NCBI GenBank assembly: GCA_002104945.1
Contig: MCFH01000035.1
Location: forward strand, 186,001-250,000
Origin: Piromyces finnis finn
Taxonomy: Eukaryota; Fungi; Neocallimastigomycota
DNA: 64,000 nucleotides
Reading direction: 5' to 3'
The notes below the pieces were generated by a model, which saw nothing but the letters and a program-made list of their open reading frames with translations, was not told where the DNA came from and did no database searches. A program made the position numbers and the translations under genes. Of this stretch, positions 30,301-43,413 are shown piece by piece. Each line of letters opens with the position of its first letter. The stretch's first letter is position 1.

Positions 30301-33300
30301 ATTATTTTGTTAACTTCTTTATACCCATTTAATTATTTTTTTGTGTATAGATAAATAAGACATAATAGATATTTGTTTTTAATGGAATAAGATGGATATT
30401 TGTTCTTTTATGATAATATGATAATATAATAATATTTATACATAATAAGATAATTTTAATAATTGACCATATGGTTTTGGTTCTTTAAAATAAAGTTTAG
30501 ATAAGATTAACTCCTCTAAGTTACAAATAAATTTCATTTAAACATTTTTTTAAAAACAATTTAATTTAATTGGATATATAATATTTGTGATACAAATTAC
30601 TACAATTTTATTTATTCCCATATAATTATATACTCTTCAAATTATTTCTTTTAATTTTAACCAAATAAACTCATATTAAAAAGTTTAAGTCAAGTCATTA
30701 TTGCAAATAATACTTTCTTTTATATATAATAAAGTATGTTAACTACATTTTATTTAATAATTATGATTACGAATGATGATTTATATGCTTTTTGAATATA
30801 TATTTTTTAGTTATAAATTTCTTTTTTTATTTTTAAATGCTTTATAATAGATAATAGTCATTATTACAAGTAGTAATTTTGTATCATTTCTTTATTTTTT
30901 AATTGAACTTTAAATAATATTAATTATTAATTGATTTCAATATATTAATATTAGTGATATATATATTGTAATATATTAAATCAATAGTTTAAATTGAACC
31001 TTATTTATATAATTTTAATAATTATAATATAGAAAAATTTATGAAAAAAAAAGTATATTTATCATAAAAATAACCGCTTTTTAAATTGATATATGTTCTT
31101 TTCTCGTAATTATTATACTAAGGAAACTTAATAGAAAATTTATTAGTGATGATAATATAAAAATAATTGAAGAATTTCACTATTTATTAATGTGAAAGTT
31201 ATATAGAATTTCTCCTTAATCATAAAATAAGTAGATTCTAATAGAAGCATAAATGGTTCTGTATAATTATTTTCTTTTTATACATATATTGCTATTCAAT
31301 GTATATTAAAATATATTGAATGATAATATAATATAATACACAATATATTGATAAATATATTAAATATATCATGTTTATTTATATCAGTAGCAATGTTATT
31401 TAAATTTAATTAAATTACCTTTTATATTTGTAACAAAATAAATAGAAAAATGGAAATGAATTTTCATATTTTAAAATATACAAATTACAAATATATTAAA
31501 GTTTTATTAATTTTTTTGATAAAAAAAAAAAAACAATTTGTAAAAACTATTTAAATAAGATTTCCTCTCTTTATTATATATTTATTCTTTTTTTTTTTTT
31601 TAAATATATTTTTTTTTATATTAATTTATTTTTTATTAAAATACCAAAGGTGAATATAATATTTTAATATAATAATGATGGTTAAGATGTAATAAACCGA
31701 AATATTATAAATTAGAAGTAGTGACACTTTAATACAGCATAAAGGTCGATGAGCAATAAAGAATAAAATTAATTTTATAATTATTCGTCAATAATTTTTA
31801 AAAAAAATAACAAAGATAACATAAAATAAGAAATAAATTCAAAATAGAGAAAAACAGTGAAATAAAATAATTTAATATATTTAATACTTAAAAATAGTTA
31901 AAGTTATTGCCTATATATTAATATTAATAAAATTGACATATGTTACAAATTTATATTTAAGAAAAAGAGCTTTATGTTATTGTGAAGAAAATATAATTAA
32001 TATTTATCAATATAATATTAACTAATTTTATGTTTTTTAAAAAATAAATAAATAATAATAATAATAATTAGTATAATATTAATTTAATAGAATATATATT
32101 ATCCTTTACCTAAAGGATATTAAAGCTATAATTTTGATTTATAGAATAAAAAAACAAATGTAAGTTATATAAATTAATATTATAATACATGTTATTATGT
32201 AATTTGTATTATATAATTCGAAGTATTAATAACTCATTTATATAAAGTAATGTAATTTAAATAAGAATATTAATGGCATTATTTTTAATATTTTCTTTTA
32301 CATTTTTATGATTTTTAGGAGAACGTTATTTTTTTTTGAAAAAAAAAAGATTTAAAATATATGTATAAATGAAAAGAAAAAATTTATGTAAATGCAATAA
32401 ATCGTAAAATGACAGATAGTAGCGGCAAATACTAATAAATATAATAATTAAAAAAGAAAAAGCAAAAACAAAGAATAAAAGAATTAAAGAATTAAAGTAA
32501 TATATTAAATAACAGAAAACAAATAATTATAAAATTAGGGCAACTATTTAAAATATATAACATTTTATTAGCAATCAATAAAATTAACATTAATATTTTA
32601 AGCCTACTATTACAAGGCATGAAAAAAAGTTTTGAATTGACTTTATTATCAAATAATTATTATCATTAATTCAATAGAATAATAAAACACATAAGGTAAT
32701 AAAACTCTTATTTTAATTTTTTTTATTATAATAATAAAACAGTATTTAATCTTTTTTTTTTTTCTAAAAAGATATAAAATTATACTAGAAATTAAAATTG
32801 TTTATTAGAATATTAATAAAATTGTATATTTTAAAGAACAAAAAGTCATGAATACTGAAAGAAATAAAGGTACACCAAATATTAATATTTTTATTGTTAA
32901 TATAAAATAGATTAAATAATTTGAAATCGAAAAATAATGGTGGGAAAATGATTGAAAAACTATAATCAAATTATGAAATTGAAAAAAAAATTCTTCAATT
33001 ATTTAGTCTTATATTTTTGTTAAGATAAAATAATGATTTTTTTTTAAATAAAATAATAATTTATATAGTATTTGAAATTATTTATCTATTATTTAAAAAA
33101 AATACAATATAAATATATATAAAATGATGTATTAATATATTTCTATAATAAACAATATTACATAATTATTTTTTAGTTCTATTTATAAGATAATTATCAA
33201 TCATAAAAATAATATTAACAACAATAGTACATAGTTTATATTTCCAAATATAGTAAAATTAAAGATTTATAGATTGATATTGATAATTTGAAATAAGTAG

Positions 33301-35168
33301 TTAAAAAAAAAAAAAAGCGAATAACTGTGAATAAAAATTAAAAAAGAAATATAGTTAAAATAGAAATCATATATAATATAAAATACATATATCTAAATTT
33401 TTGAAATATGCACAAACAGAAGTAATTAAAATAACAATATAATAATGACATTATAATTTCAGCAGAAATAATGAAATACAAATATTTTAATATGATAAAA
33501 AGACAAATTATTAAAAAGAAAACAATATTATATTACAATTAATACTGTTGAAAAATTTAATTAAAAAAAAAGAATAATATATTAAGTATATAAATTAATT
33601 AAATAATTTATATTATCGTATGAAAAAGTAAAACACTTTATATATGTATAACTTTCATATTCTTTTTTCTTTTTTTTTTTTTTTTAAATGAAACACTTAG
33701 AATGAGTCATAAAATATCAATTTATTAATATTAACATATATCAAATAGAAGACTTAATGATATAAAATTAGTAAATGAGTTAAAAACAAGTGAATTTATT
33801 ATAAAAATTTTATATAAAAGTTAAATATATATCTATATACAATAAAATTGTTGGAACATATAATTTTATAAATTTGTATAAGGAAAAACTTAATTAAATC
33901 AATAGTACTATAAAAATATAAGACAATTTCATTTTTTAGTTTAAAAACTTTAAATATTATGTAAAGAAGAAAAAATTTTCGACTTCTGATTTTCAAAACA
34001 ATAATGCTCAGCTGAATTTTTTTTTTTAAATCAATAATCATAATAACATTATTGTGCATAAATATCTATTTAAATGGAATTAAAAAATTCTAATTTACCA
34101 TTTATATAAACAATATAATATAATATTTAAAGTTTATTATAAATTAAAAAAATAAATTAATTAAAATATTGGAAATAATCATAATATATAAAACTAATAA
34201 TTAAAATAATTAATATATCTTTAATGTCTTTTGAATTAAAAAAAATATTGAAAATCGATTGTTATTTTTCTTTCTTTCTTTCTTTTTTTTTTTAAACTAA
34301 AAAATATCTTTTTATTAAAGTTAATGAAAGTATATTTCTATTAAAAAAAAAAACAATATGAATATAGAAATGATTTTTAATATGATATAATAACATATTG
34401 ACAATAATAAGAATTGAAAATTATCATTTTATTTCATTCGATACTTATTTGTACTAAAATTAAAGAAATTTACTAATATAAAAACTAACAATATTTATAT
34501 ATAATATCTTTCTTTATATATTTTTATTGATTTATAACACAATTTTTGGAAATCTCAATTCTTTTCATTTAAAATTCAACTTTTTAAAAATTAATTCAAA
34601 TTATTTACAATTTTTTGGATATTGATATTTTATTATCAACACTTTTGGATAAAACTATAAAATTTTATTATATTCAAATTTTGAACAATTTTGGAAACTA
34701 TAAATTATATTTATAACAACTTATCAATTATATATATATAACAATTTTGAAAATATAAAAACAAATACATATACAATATATTCATATATTTTTTATAATT
34801 AAAAAAAGTCAATTTATATAAAATATCTATTAAAAATCTTTATTTTTGAGAAGATTTTATTGTACGATCTTTATAAAAACATCATATATTTTCACATACT
34901 TACAATATATAGATAATACATAATTTATAAAAATTTTAAAATATTATTTTTTAAAAAGTTAATTTAAAAACTTAATCAAAGTATTATTTTAATTTTTCCA
35001 AAAAAAAAAAAAAAAAGAAAAAAAAAGAAAAAACATAAGACATAAAAAAATATCTATCGTTTATTTAAATTAATATATTTGGTTAAGCTTTTTATTTTTT
35101 AAGAATATTATATACCATATAATTAAATTAGTCAACATTATATAAATATATTAATATATTAGTTCAAT

Positions 35169-38100
35169 ATGTCATCCTCAAAAGAAAGTGATCCATATGA
35201 AGAATATATGAGAGTTTATAATAACTTTACAGAGTTAAATAATAATTCAATGCTATCATTATCGACAACATCATCGACAAAATCAAAATGTGGAATAAGG
35301 CAGCTTTATTTAAAGAAAATTATACCTAATTCATTATCATCTAGTGGTAATCATAATAAAATTAATGATGATAAGAATTTAGTAAATAATAAATCCTTTG
35401 ATTCAAAGATTCCAGTTGGAAGAAGTAATACTGTACCAAATCCAAAATCCCTACATGATTCTCAAATTTTTGCAACACCAGCTAGATTATCTATGATACC
35501 TTATTTAGAAAAAGGACAAGTTAATAATAATATTACTAATAATATAGATATTATATCAATTAATGAGGATGATAATACGGAATCAAGTGGGTTTGTATCG
35601 GATAAAGTTTTTTTGGAAATTGAGCAAGAATTAAATAATGAAATAGAGTGTACTTCAATACCGTTTTATAATAGCAAAGATATAAAAGAATGTAATATTG
35701 AAAGTGATAATGAGGATGAAGATGATAATGGAGGGGGTATTGTTTTAAAAGAAAAAATAATTAGGGAAAAGACAGATATAAAGATAAATAAAAAGGATGA
35801 TACAAGCAGTATTGGTGTTTTAAAGGTTAAAACTGATAATAGTAATGAAAATAATAAGACAAAAAGTATTAAAATAAAAGGTAAATCAAAATCTCTTGAT
35901 TATTTAAAAAACTATAATAAGGGAGATGATAAAGAAGACAAAGATACTATATATGATTCACAAGCTATACCTGTTTGGCCAATATCAACAATAGGTAAAG
36001 AGGAAGATGATATTTGGTCTGCAAATATTCATCAACGATTGAAATCACTGGAAAGAACGAAAAAAACAGATAATCTTTCTAATTCTTCATTAGATCGTTA
36101 CCGTCCCTTAAATAGAAAAGATCATATATCTATATCATCCTTTTCAAACTCCTCTTCTTTACTCACTCTTATCAATACTAATCAAGAAATTGATAGTAAT
36201 TGTAGTACACCACAGAGTTCAATAACCTCCTCTGTACCTAGTTCAAGAAAATTTGATTCTTTGGATTGTGAAAAAAATAATTTAGAAAAAGGTACACTGA
36301 ATTCAAGTGTAAATACAGTTTCATCACCTTCCAGTGAGTTTAAATCCACATTTAGATATTCACCAGAATCTAATGTGTCATCAAATAATGAAAATCAAAA
36401 AGAAACAATTATTGAAAATATACTACCAAATACAAAATCAAATTATCAGCAAAAATCATTAAATACAAAATTTGAAATTAAGAATATAAATTTTTTAAAA
36501 GTTGAAAATGAATCATCAATTAATAATATAGATATTGAAAATGCTGATTGCAGGTTCAAAACCGAGAATAAAAATAGCGAGGTACCTTTTTCAAATATCG
36601 ATTCAAAAGCATATTATAAGGATTCAAATATAAATAATGAAAAAAGTTCAAGTGAAGATACAGATTTTATTAAAGAAATTATTATTAATGATAAATGTAC
36701 AGAATCTATTCTTAATGTAAATCCATTAACAACGAATCATGATTCCAAAACAATTTTAACTAATACTAAAGGATTGGAAAGAATTCATCAAATTCGCCAA
36801 TCTTCTTCAACTCCAAATTTATCATCATTGTCTTATGTACATGGCCAAAAATTGTCACATAATTCCGAATCATCAAATTCAAAATCTATTTCTAATTTAG
36901 AAAAAGAAAAAATATCAGATTTGAAGATAGATTCGACAATTAATTTAAAAAGTGAGAATTGTTTTGAATCTCAAACAGAAAATGAAAAAGATTTTGATAA
37001 TCATAATAAACATACTATCTCTTATCTCCCTCTTTACAATAATACATGTATGAATGAAGACCCTAATAATAAGTTATTTACTGATGGTATTACTCCTTGT
37101 CCTAGCCTAATATTTGATAGTGATAATCTAGAACAAGGTAAAGATAAGGAATCAGATGCTTCTCTCCATGTTTCCAATATTACTCATGGCCTGTATCATC
37201 CAGAAAACCTGTCTTTCAAATCATTACATGATGTAAATGAAGATCCAAATACACATGATCAAAAATTATTATTACTATCTGATTCGGATTTTCTTAGTAG
37301 TGGTAGTAATAGTGGTAATGAGAGTAATGATAATATAGAAGTATCTCTTAGAACTATGGAGTCATCTGCTAGTATGTATCCCTCTTCCTTTAATACATCA
37401 AAATTTCATCCTCAATTAACTTTTAATTCACTAAGTTCTATAGTACCAAAACCTAATTTTGAAAAATTAAATTCGGAGACTGTAATTTCATCTGATAGTG
37501 AATTGGAAGATAATATTAATGAATGTAATAAGGGTTCAATAGAAATAATAAAACTATCAAGACCAGAAGAAAATAAGAATAATTTCCCAAATTTTGCAAA
37601 GAAAATATTAGCTTTGAAAAAAGAAGATAAAGATATAGCTAAAAATTCTTTAGCAGCAGTACCTGCTAATATTAATACAGAACCCGTTTCATTCAAAAAA
37701 GAAGAGTGGAAACCATCGTTTGATGGTAGTAAATTTCAAAAGCCACCCAGGAAATTTCGTCCATTAAATAAAAAAGAAAATGGAAAATCAAAAGAAATTT
37801 ATTTTAATAAGGAAAAGGAATTGGCTTTAGGAAGTAGAAAACAAATGGAATATGGAAAAATTATTGATACTATGAACTCCTTAATTAAAAAGAATATTCA
37901 AAAAGATCAAGAAATCATGGATTTAACTTTTATAGATGATATTCATATTTTTGATGAACCGGATTCCAAAAGGAACATTATTTATGATAGTCACAAACAT
38001 AATTTCACTGGTGAAAGTGAAAAAGTTATAGTTGCTGGTACAGCTTATAAATTAATTCAATATTTAACAAATTCTATTGACTATGGGTTTGTATATGATT

Positions 38101-41100
38101 TTTTGTTAGTGTATCGTTTTTTTCTAACTCCATATCAACTTGGAAGACTTTTAATTACTCGCTATTGTTGGGCATTAGCTGAAGATGATAATCAAGAAAA
38201 AAAGAAAGTGAGAATACGTCTTTTTGTTGTGTTAAGAAAATGGATTTCTCAATTTTGGGATATAGACTTTAAAAATAACCAGAATTTAGTTGAGTTGGTA
38301 CTACAGTTTATAAAAGAAATTAGCCAACTCTCTTTTGTTAAAGAGTCAATATATGATAGAAAAATTAATGAAACTCTATATCATTTGATTATTGAAAAAT
38401 CTAATGAATCAAGTAATCAGAAAAAAAAGATTTCCAAACAGAATCCATCTAACTCAAATATTGATTCAAAAAATTATTCTCCAATTCATGAACCAAAAAG
38501 TATAAAACATTCTTCTTCTTTTAGTTTACCATCTACTGAGAAAAGCAAACTGATTACGGATGATGTCAATAATAACAATGAAGAGATAAATATTTCTCTT
38601 TGTGATATGGATGTTTCTGGAAATCGTATTAATGATCGCTCATCAAAATATTACTTATACAATAGTGAAGTTAATGCTAGTGATAATGATTCTGGTTCAT
38701 CTTCATTAATTAACGTTGAAAGTTTAAGTGAAAATTCATTTAGTATTACTAAACCTAAAAATTGGAAAAAAATTATGTCATCCAAAGTATCAAATTTTAA
38801 AAGAAAAGCCCAATCGGTTTTTTCTGGTCCTGAAGATATAGATAATGAATTTGACTATGATTTTGAATATGGATTACAAAGTGAGGATGAAAATGATAAC
38901 AATCGTTTGAGACGTAACGATTTTAGAAAAAGTTTCAATTATAATATTGATGTTTATGATGAAGCCACAATTGATTGGTCAAATAAAAAGGATAGTTATG
39001 TTTCCGGAACTTCTAGAGAAGAACCTACAGATAATAGTAATCGATTAAGCCATCATTCCCGTTCTCAAAGTAGAAGTGGTGGTTATGCTCGTAAAAATGC
39101 TATTTTTAAACATATGTCAAGTAAAAATAGTAGCTCGAAATCCTTTGTATTAGGAATTCGTTCAGAAGATTTTGCTAAGCAGTGTTGTTTAATTGAGCAA
39201 ATATTACTTCGTCGCGTCCATTGGATTGAACTATTAGATGTTAATAATTGGACAAAAACTGGGATTAACAGAAATGGAAATGAATTTGGAATATTTCATA
39301 GCTTTCATGATAAAAAAGATCAAAATAGTCGCAAAGGGAATAGTAAACATTCAAATCAAAATAATACCGACAATTATGATGAAGAAAATATCAATAAAAA
39401 TGAAATGAATGAAAAGTTCCATAATTCTGATAATTCAAAGATGGGTATTATCTGTCTTATTGAACGTTTTAATGATGTAAGTCAATGGGTGGCATCTGAA
39501 GTTTTAAGAACTTCAAGCTTAGATTTAAGAGCAAAACTCATTGGTAAATTTATTAGAATTGCTCAAAAATGCTATCGTATGAATAATTTCTGTACTTTAA
39601 GTCAAATTATTTATGGTCTTCAAAATCCGTATGTTGAACGTCTTAAGCATACGTGGGAAAAAGTAAGTTCTACTGAAAGTGGAATTTTTAAAAAATTAGT
39701 AGAGTTTACTAATCCATTTTCAAATTTTCGTAAAGTTCGTGAAGCAATGGATAAGTTTACTTGTAATGAAGTATACTTTTGGAATAACACTAATAATCCA
39801 TTTAGTTATGATGAACACCATCAATATTTTGTAAAGTCCAATTCATCTAATAATAATTCAAAGCCAGCCGATAATCCTCCTCATAATTCATTACCCCCCA
39901 CACCTCTAAAAAAAACAAAATCAGTAACAATGAGTCAAGGATCTATTACTCAGACATCAATTAACAGTGATTTTAAGAGTCTTGGCTCCTTGAAATCAAA
40001 TTCCACCTTTTTTTCTAATACAACTTCTTCAGTTTCTAATAACAACAAACATAATCAAGCCGCTACAAGTGAGGCAAATTCTCTCTGTATCTCAGATGAT
40101 ACTATTGGTGAAAATAACATAGACACTTCGTATACCCTTATTGAAAAAGAAGCTGTTGATAATAATATAAAGAATTACTCATCTCATACAACTTCTTTGA
40201 ATTCTGATGTCACTAATTCATCCATTGTCACTACAAATAATCAATTAATGATATCAAGTTTTTCTGGAACTCCTTCCACAATAAATGTCATTAATAATGA
40301 AATTAATGTTAATGTTAATGTTAATAGAAATAGTAATAGTAGTTCAATGGTGAATACAAATTCATCTATGTTAAAGAATGATATTACTTTAAATATTATG
40401 GTTAATAATACTATCAATACTCATACAAACACTGCTTCTTCATCTTTAAATAGACCAGTAAATCTTGAGAAGAATACTCATAAAACTTCTTATTCTTTAT
40501 CTTCTCTATCTTCTGTTGATATAATGAATAAAAGGTACAGTAATACTAGTTATAATAGTTCAGCTTCTGGAAGTGTTGTAATGAATCATTTGCCAATGAA
40601 TTCTACTACAACAACAATCAATAATAATAATATTCTTAACCCATCTGATATAATTGATAAGGACAGTATTGGTGCTTTACCATTTACTGGTATATTTTTA
40701 TCTGATTTAGTTCATCTTATTGAATTACCGTCCTTTCTTAAAAATTCCAAACGTCGTAAGAATAAAAAGAATGATAAAGGAAAATGTTCACCGTTACTAA
40801 ATACAAAAAGATCAAATGGGTCATTAAATACTATTATTTCTAATAGTAGTGGTACAACAGTTCACCTATCAAATAAGCCTTCTAATGGTTCACTTAATGC
40901 ATTATCAACATCACCAATATCTTCCCCATATCTATTAGAAAGTTATTATTCTAATAAGTCCGATAGTAATATTTCTTCTTCATCCTTTACATCGAAAAAG
41001 ACAAAGAAAACAGGCAAAGAGTATGAAGCGTTTAATGATGATTCTTTGATTAATTTCCAAAAGTTCAGACAAATTGCACAATTAATTCGTAAATTTATTA

Positions 41101-42611
41101 CATTCCAAAGTCCAAATCATATGTATAACTATGAATATATTCCGTCCATTTTCCAAAAGTGTCAATTCCTCTATATTTTAGAGGATGATGTTATGAAGGA
41201 ATTATGTAAAGAATATGAATCTAATAGAAGTGAAAGTAGAAGTCGTAGCAAAAGTAGAAGTCGTAGTAAAAGTAGAGTTCGTAGTAAAAGTAGAAGTAAT
41301 CGTTTTGAAGATTCTAATACTTCAAAGGTATCAGCAAGAAGTAAAAGCCGTGGAAGACGTACTAAAAAGGAAGAAATAGAAGAAAATGGAAATTCTAAAA
41401 TCCGTTCTCGCTCTGAAGATCCAAAATTATCAATTTATATGAAAAATGATACTGAAAGTAGTAATGTGAAAGCATTAAATAAACCAGACATGATTGATCC
41501 TAAAAATATTTCAACTTTATCATCAAAAAGTTCTAAGAAACATTTTCGTAGTAAAAGTTTAGGTCGTTTTAATTTAATCCATTATCATAGAGACTCAAGT
41601 AAAGAACGTGATCCGAGTGAATTAAACAGAGATAATAATGGATTTGTTTTTCGTAGTCATCGAAATAAAGATAATATCGATTTTCACTATACAAATTATG
41701 AAGAAACAATATCTTTTTCAAATGATTATGTCGATTCTTATGCTAACTGGAGTGAGGCATCTTTTTCCGAAAATATTATCAATAACTTCCATCAGAATGA
41801 AACAAAGGTATCACTGGATGATAATAATGCAAATCATATTAATACACATAATACTTCAAATGCCCAAAGTGATTTACAAATTAGAAATAATGAACTTTCT
41901 CGAATGTTAGGTTTGCCTCTTCCACCTAGTTCAGTTATTGCGAACAAAACGCTTCATCAAACATCTGGATATAATAAATCTACAGTGAATGTGTTACCAT
42001 TCAATAATTCTCGAGTGAATCCTGGTTCCTATGAGAATAATATAACTATCTCACAAGACAAGGCTAGTTTATTTAATCAAGTAAAATATAGTAGTTTGAA
42101 TAAAATGACCTATTCAAATATCCGTAATGCCAAAAGCCAATTTAGAAAAAATAATCAATTGAATATGAAACATTCAATGCCAGTTCTTTCAACCAATAGA
42201 ATGTATAGTGGTATGATAAACCAAGCTACACCTTCCATAGCATTATCCTCTACTAATAATTCAAATATTTCATCATTAAATTTATTATCCTCAAATACTA
42301 ATTTAAATAGTATTCATAGTAATATGAAACCAGATATGAACAATACTTATTCAAACATCAATACATTTACTAATTTATCTAATATAATCAATAATGGTCA
42401 TTCTACCATTTCTGGTAATAGTCAAAACATAGCATCTTTATTAAATAATCAAAATATTTCATCATTACCTACTTCATCTTTAGCTGGAGCAACTTCAGTG
42501 AATTATCAATCCATTCAATTACAATTACAACAACAACAACAAAAACAAAAAGAATTAATTAATAAAATAAAAATCCTTCAGCAACATAAACTTTCACAAC
42601 AACAACAATAA
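35169..42611 (+). CDS. Ras guanine-nucleotide exchange factor (REM + CDC25 domain), Lte1-like, single exon, 2480 aa
   Basis: REM: IVAGTAYKLIQYLT..DFLLVYRFFLTP..RYCWAL..RIRLFVVLRKWISQFWDIDF. CDC25: SEDFAKQCCLIEQ..VHWIELL, IERFNDVSQWVASEVL, RAKLIGKFIRIAQKC..NNFCTLSQIIYGL..ERLKHTW, GALPFTGIFLSDL, INFQKFR. The Lte1 assignment rests on remembered motif style only. Long S/N-rich low-complexity regions, an SRSRSK repeat and a poly-Q tail. Confidence 0.88.
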   Translation: MSSSKESDPYEEYMRVYNNFTELNNNSMLSLSTTSSTKSKCGIRQLYLKKIIPNSLSSSGNHNKINDDKNLVNNKSFDSKIPVGRSNTVPNPKSLHDSQIFATPARLSMIPYLEKGQVNNNITNNIDIISINEDDNTESSGFVSDKVFLEIEQELNNEIECTSIPFYNSKDIKECNIESDNEDEDDNGGGIVLKEKIIREKTDIKINKKDDTSSIGVLKVKTDNSNENNKTKSIKIKGKSKSLDYLKNYNKGDDKEDKDTIYDSQAIPVWPISTIGKEEDDIWSANIHQRLKSLERTKKTDNLSNSSLDRYRPLNRKDHISISSFSNSSSLLTLINTNQEIDSNCSTPQSSITSSVPSSRKFDSLDCEKNNLEKGTLNSSVNTVSSPSSEFKSTFRYSPESNVSSNNENQKETIIENILPNTKSNYQQKSLNTKFEIKNINFLKVENESSINNIDIENADCRFKTENKNSEVPFSNIDSKAYYKDSNINNEKSSSEDTDFIKEIIINDKCTESILNVNPLTTNHDSKTILTNTKGLERIHQIRQSSSTPNLSSLSYVHGQKLSHNSESSNSKSISNLEKEKISDLKIDSTINLKSENCFESQTENEKDFDNHNKHTISYLPLYNNTCMNEDPNNKLFTDGITPCPSLIFDSDNLEQGKDKESDASLHVSNITHGLYHPENLSFKSLHDVNEDPNTHDQKLLLLSDSDFLSSGSNSGNESNDNIEVSLRTMESSASMYPSSFNTSKFHPQLTFNSLSSIVPKPNFEKLNSETVISSDSELEDNINECNKGSIEIIKLSRPEENKNNFPNFAKKILALKKEDKDIAKNSLAAVPANINTEPVSFKKEEWKPSFDGSKFQKPPRKFRPLNKKENGKSKEIYFNKEKELALGSRKQMEYGKIIDTMNSLIKKNIQKDQEIMDLTFIDDIHIFDEPDSKRNIIYDSHKHNFTGESEKVIVAGTAYKLIQYLTNSIDYGFVYDFLLVYRFFLTPYQLGRLLITRYCWALAEDDNQEKKKVRIRLFVVLRKWISQFWDIDFKNNQNLVELVLQFIKEISQLSFVKESIYDRKINETLYHLIIEKSNESSNQKKKISKQNPSNSNIDSKNYSPIHEPKSIKHSSSFSLPSTEKSKLITDDVNNNNEEINISLCDMDVSGNRINDRSSKYYLYNSEVNASDNDSGSSSLINVESLSENSFSITKPKNWKKIMSSKVSNFKRKAQSVFSGPEDIDNEFDYDFEYGLQSEDENDNNRLRRNDFRKSFNYNIDVYDEATIDWSNKKDSYVSGTSREEPTDNSNRLSHHSRSQSRSGGYARKNAIFKHMSSKNSSSKSFVLGIRSEDFAKQCCLIEQILLRRVHWIELLDVNNWTKTGINRNGNEFGIFHSFHDKKDQNSRKGNSKHSNQNNTDNYDEENINKNEMNEKFHNSDNSKMGIICLIERFNDVSQWVASEVLRTSSLDLRAKLIGKFIRIAQKCYRMNNFCTLSQIIYGLQNPYVERLKHTWEKVSSTESGIFKKLVEFTNPFSNFRKVREAMDKFTCNEVYFWNNTNNPFSYDEHHQYFVKSNSSNNNSKPADNPPHNSLPPTPLKKTKSVTMSQGSITQTSINSDFKSLGSLKSNSTFFSNTTSSVSNNNKHNQAATSEANSLCISDDTIGENNIDTSYTLIEKEAVDNNIKNYSSHTTSLNSDVTNSSIVTTNNQLMISSFSGTPSTINVINNEINVNVNVNRNSNSSSMVNTNSSMLKNDITLNIMVNNTINTHTNTASSSLNRPVNLEKNTHKTSYSLSSLSSVDIMNKRYSNTSYNSSASGSVVMNHLPMNSTTTTINNNNILNPSDIIDKDSIGALPFTGIFLSDLVHLIELPSFLKNSKRRKNKKNDKGKCSPLLNTKRSNGSLNTIISNSSGTTVHLSNKPSNGSLNALSTSPISSPYLLESYYSNKSDSNISSSSFTSKKTKKTGKEYEAFNDDSLINFQKFRQIAQLIRKFITFQSPNHMYNYEYIPSIFQKCQFLYILEDDVMKELCKEYESNRSESRSRSKSRSRSKSRVRSKSRSNRFEDSNTSKVSARSKSRGRRTKKEEIEENGNSKIRSRSEDPKLSIYMKNDTESSNVKALNKPDMIDPKNISTLSSKSSKKHFRSKSLGRFNLIHYHRDSSKERDPSELNRDNNGFVFRSHRNKDNIDFHYTNYEETISFSNDYVDSYANWSEASFSENIINNFHQNETKVSLDDNNANHINTHNTSNAQSDLQIRNNELSRMLGLPLPPSSVIANKTLHQTSGYNKSTVNVLPFNNSRVNPGSYENNITISQDKASLFNQVKYSSLNKMTYSNIRNAKSQFRKNNQLNMKHSMPVLSTNRMYSGMINQATPSIALSSTNNSNISSLNLLSSNTNLNSIHSNMKPDMNNTYSNINTFTNLSNIINNGHSTISGNSQNIASLLNNQNISSLPTSSLAGATSVNYQSIQLQLQQQQQKQKELINKIKILQQHKLSQQQQ

Positions 42612-43413
42612 CATTTTAAACAGATACATATTAAGAATGAACAATAGTGATTTCATTTCATTTCTTATCAGAAACATCTTAAATCATATTTATACATTTA
42701 TAGACATTAACTTTAATATATTTTACTTCATCTAAATTTATTCTTTAACCCATTAAATGAAATTATCATAATTTTATTTTATCTCAAATTTTTTTTGAAA
42801 TCTTATTAATAATTATAATTAGGGTTATTATCTATTATATACTTTATTATAATTAATATCATATAGGATTATATGATAACTTTTGATATCTTTATATATA
42901 TATATATATATATATATTTAATTATTTTATATTTTATTATTTTTTATTTTTTTTTTTTTTTTATTTTTTTTTTTTACTATTCTATTATTTATTAATTTAT
43001 TTTATATTATTTATTGTTATCATTAATAGATAAATAGTATTTATAGTAAACTCATTTTAATATTAAATATATTAAATATACCTAAAATTATTTCATAAAA
43101 TAACTCAAGAAAAGTTAACAGACTAATCCAATAAAAAAATTATATAATAAAAATAAAAATAAAAATTTGACTAATAATGTATATAGTTATGTATATATTA
43201 TATAAAATAATACTATTTATAATATAAAAGATATTACTTTTGTTATAATATATGTAAATATATGTTAAATAAAATAAAAAAAAAAAAAAAAAAAAAATTT
43301 AAAATTTTATATTTGAATTTATCAAATAAAGAACAATTTTTTTTAGTAAAAGAAAAAAAGGGGAAAAAAGTACTATTTATTAATTTTTTAAAAGAATGAA
43401 GTTTTGTAGATGT

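Noticed and set aside
33799-34059. 86-aa minus-strand ORF upstream of the RasGEF
   Set aside because: Low-complexity AT-driven frame with no homology cues or splice partners.
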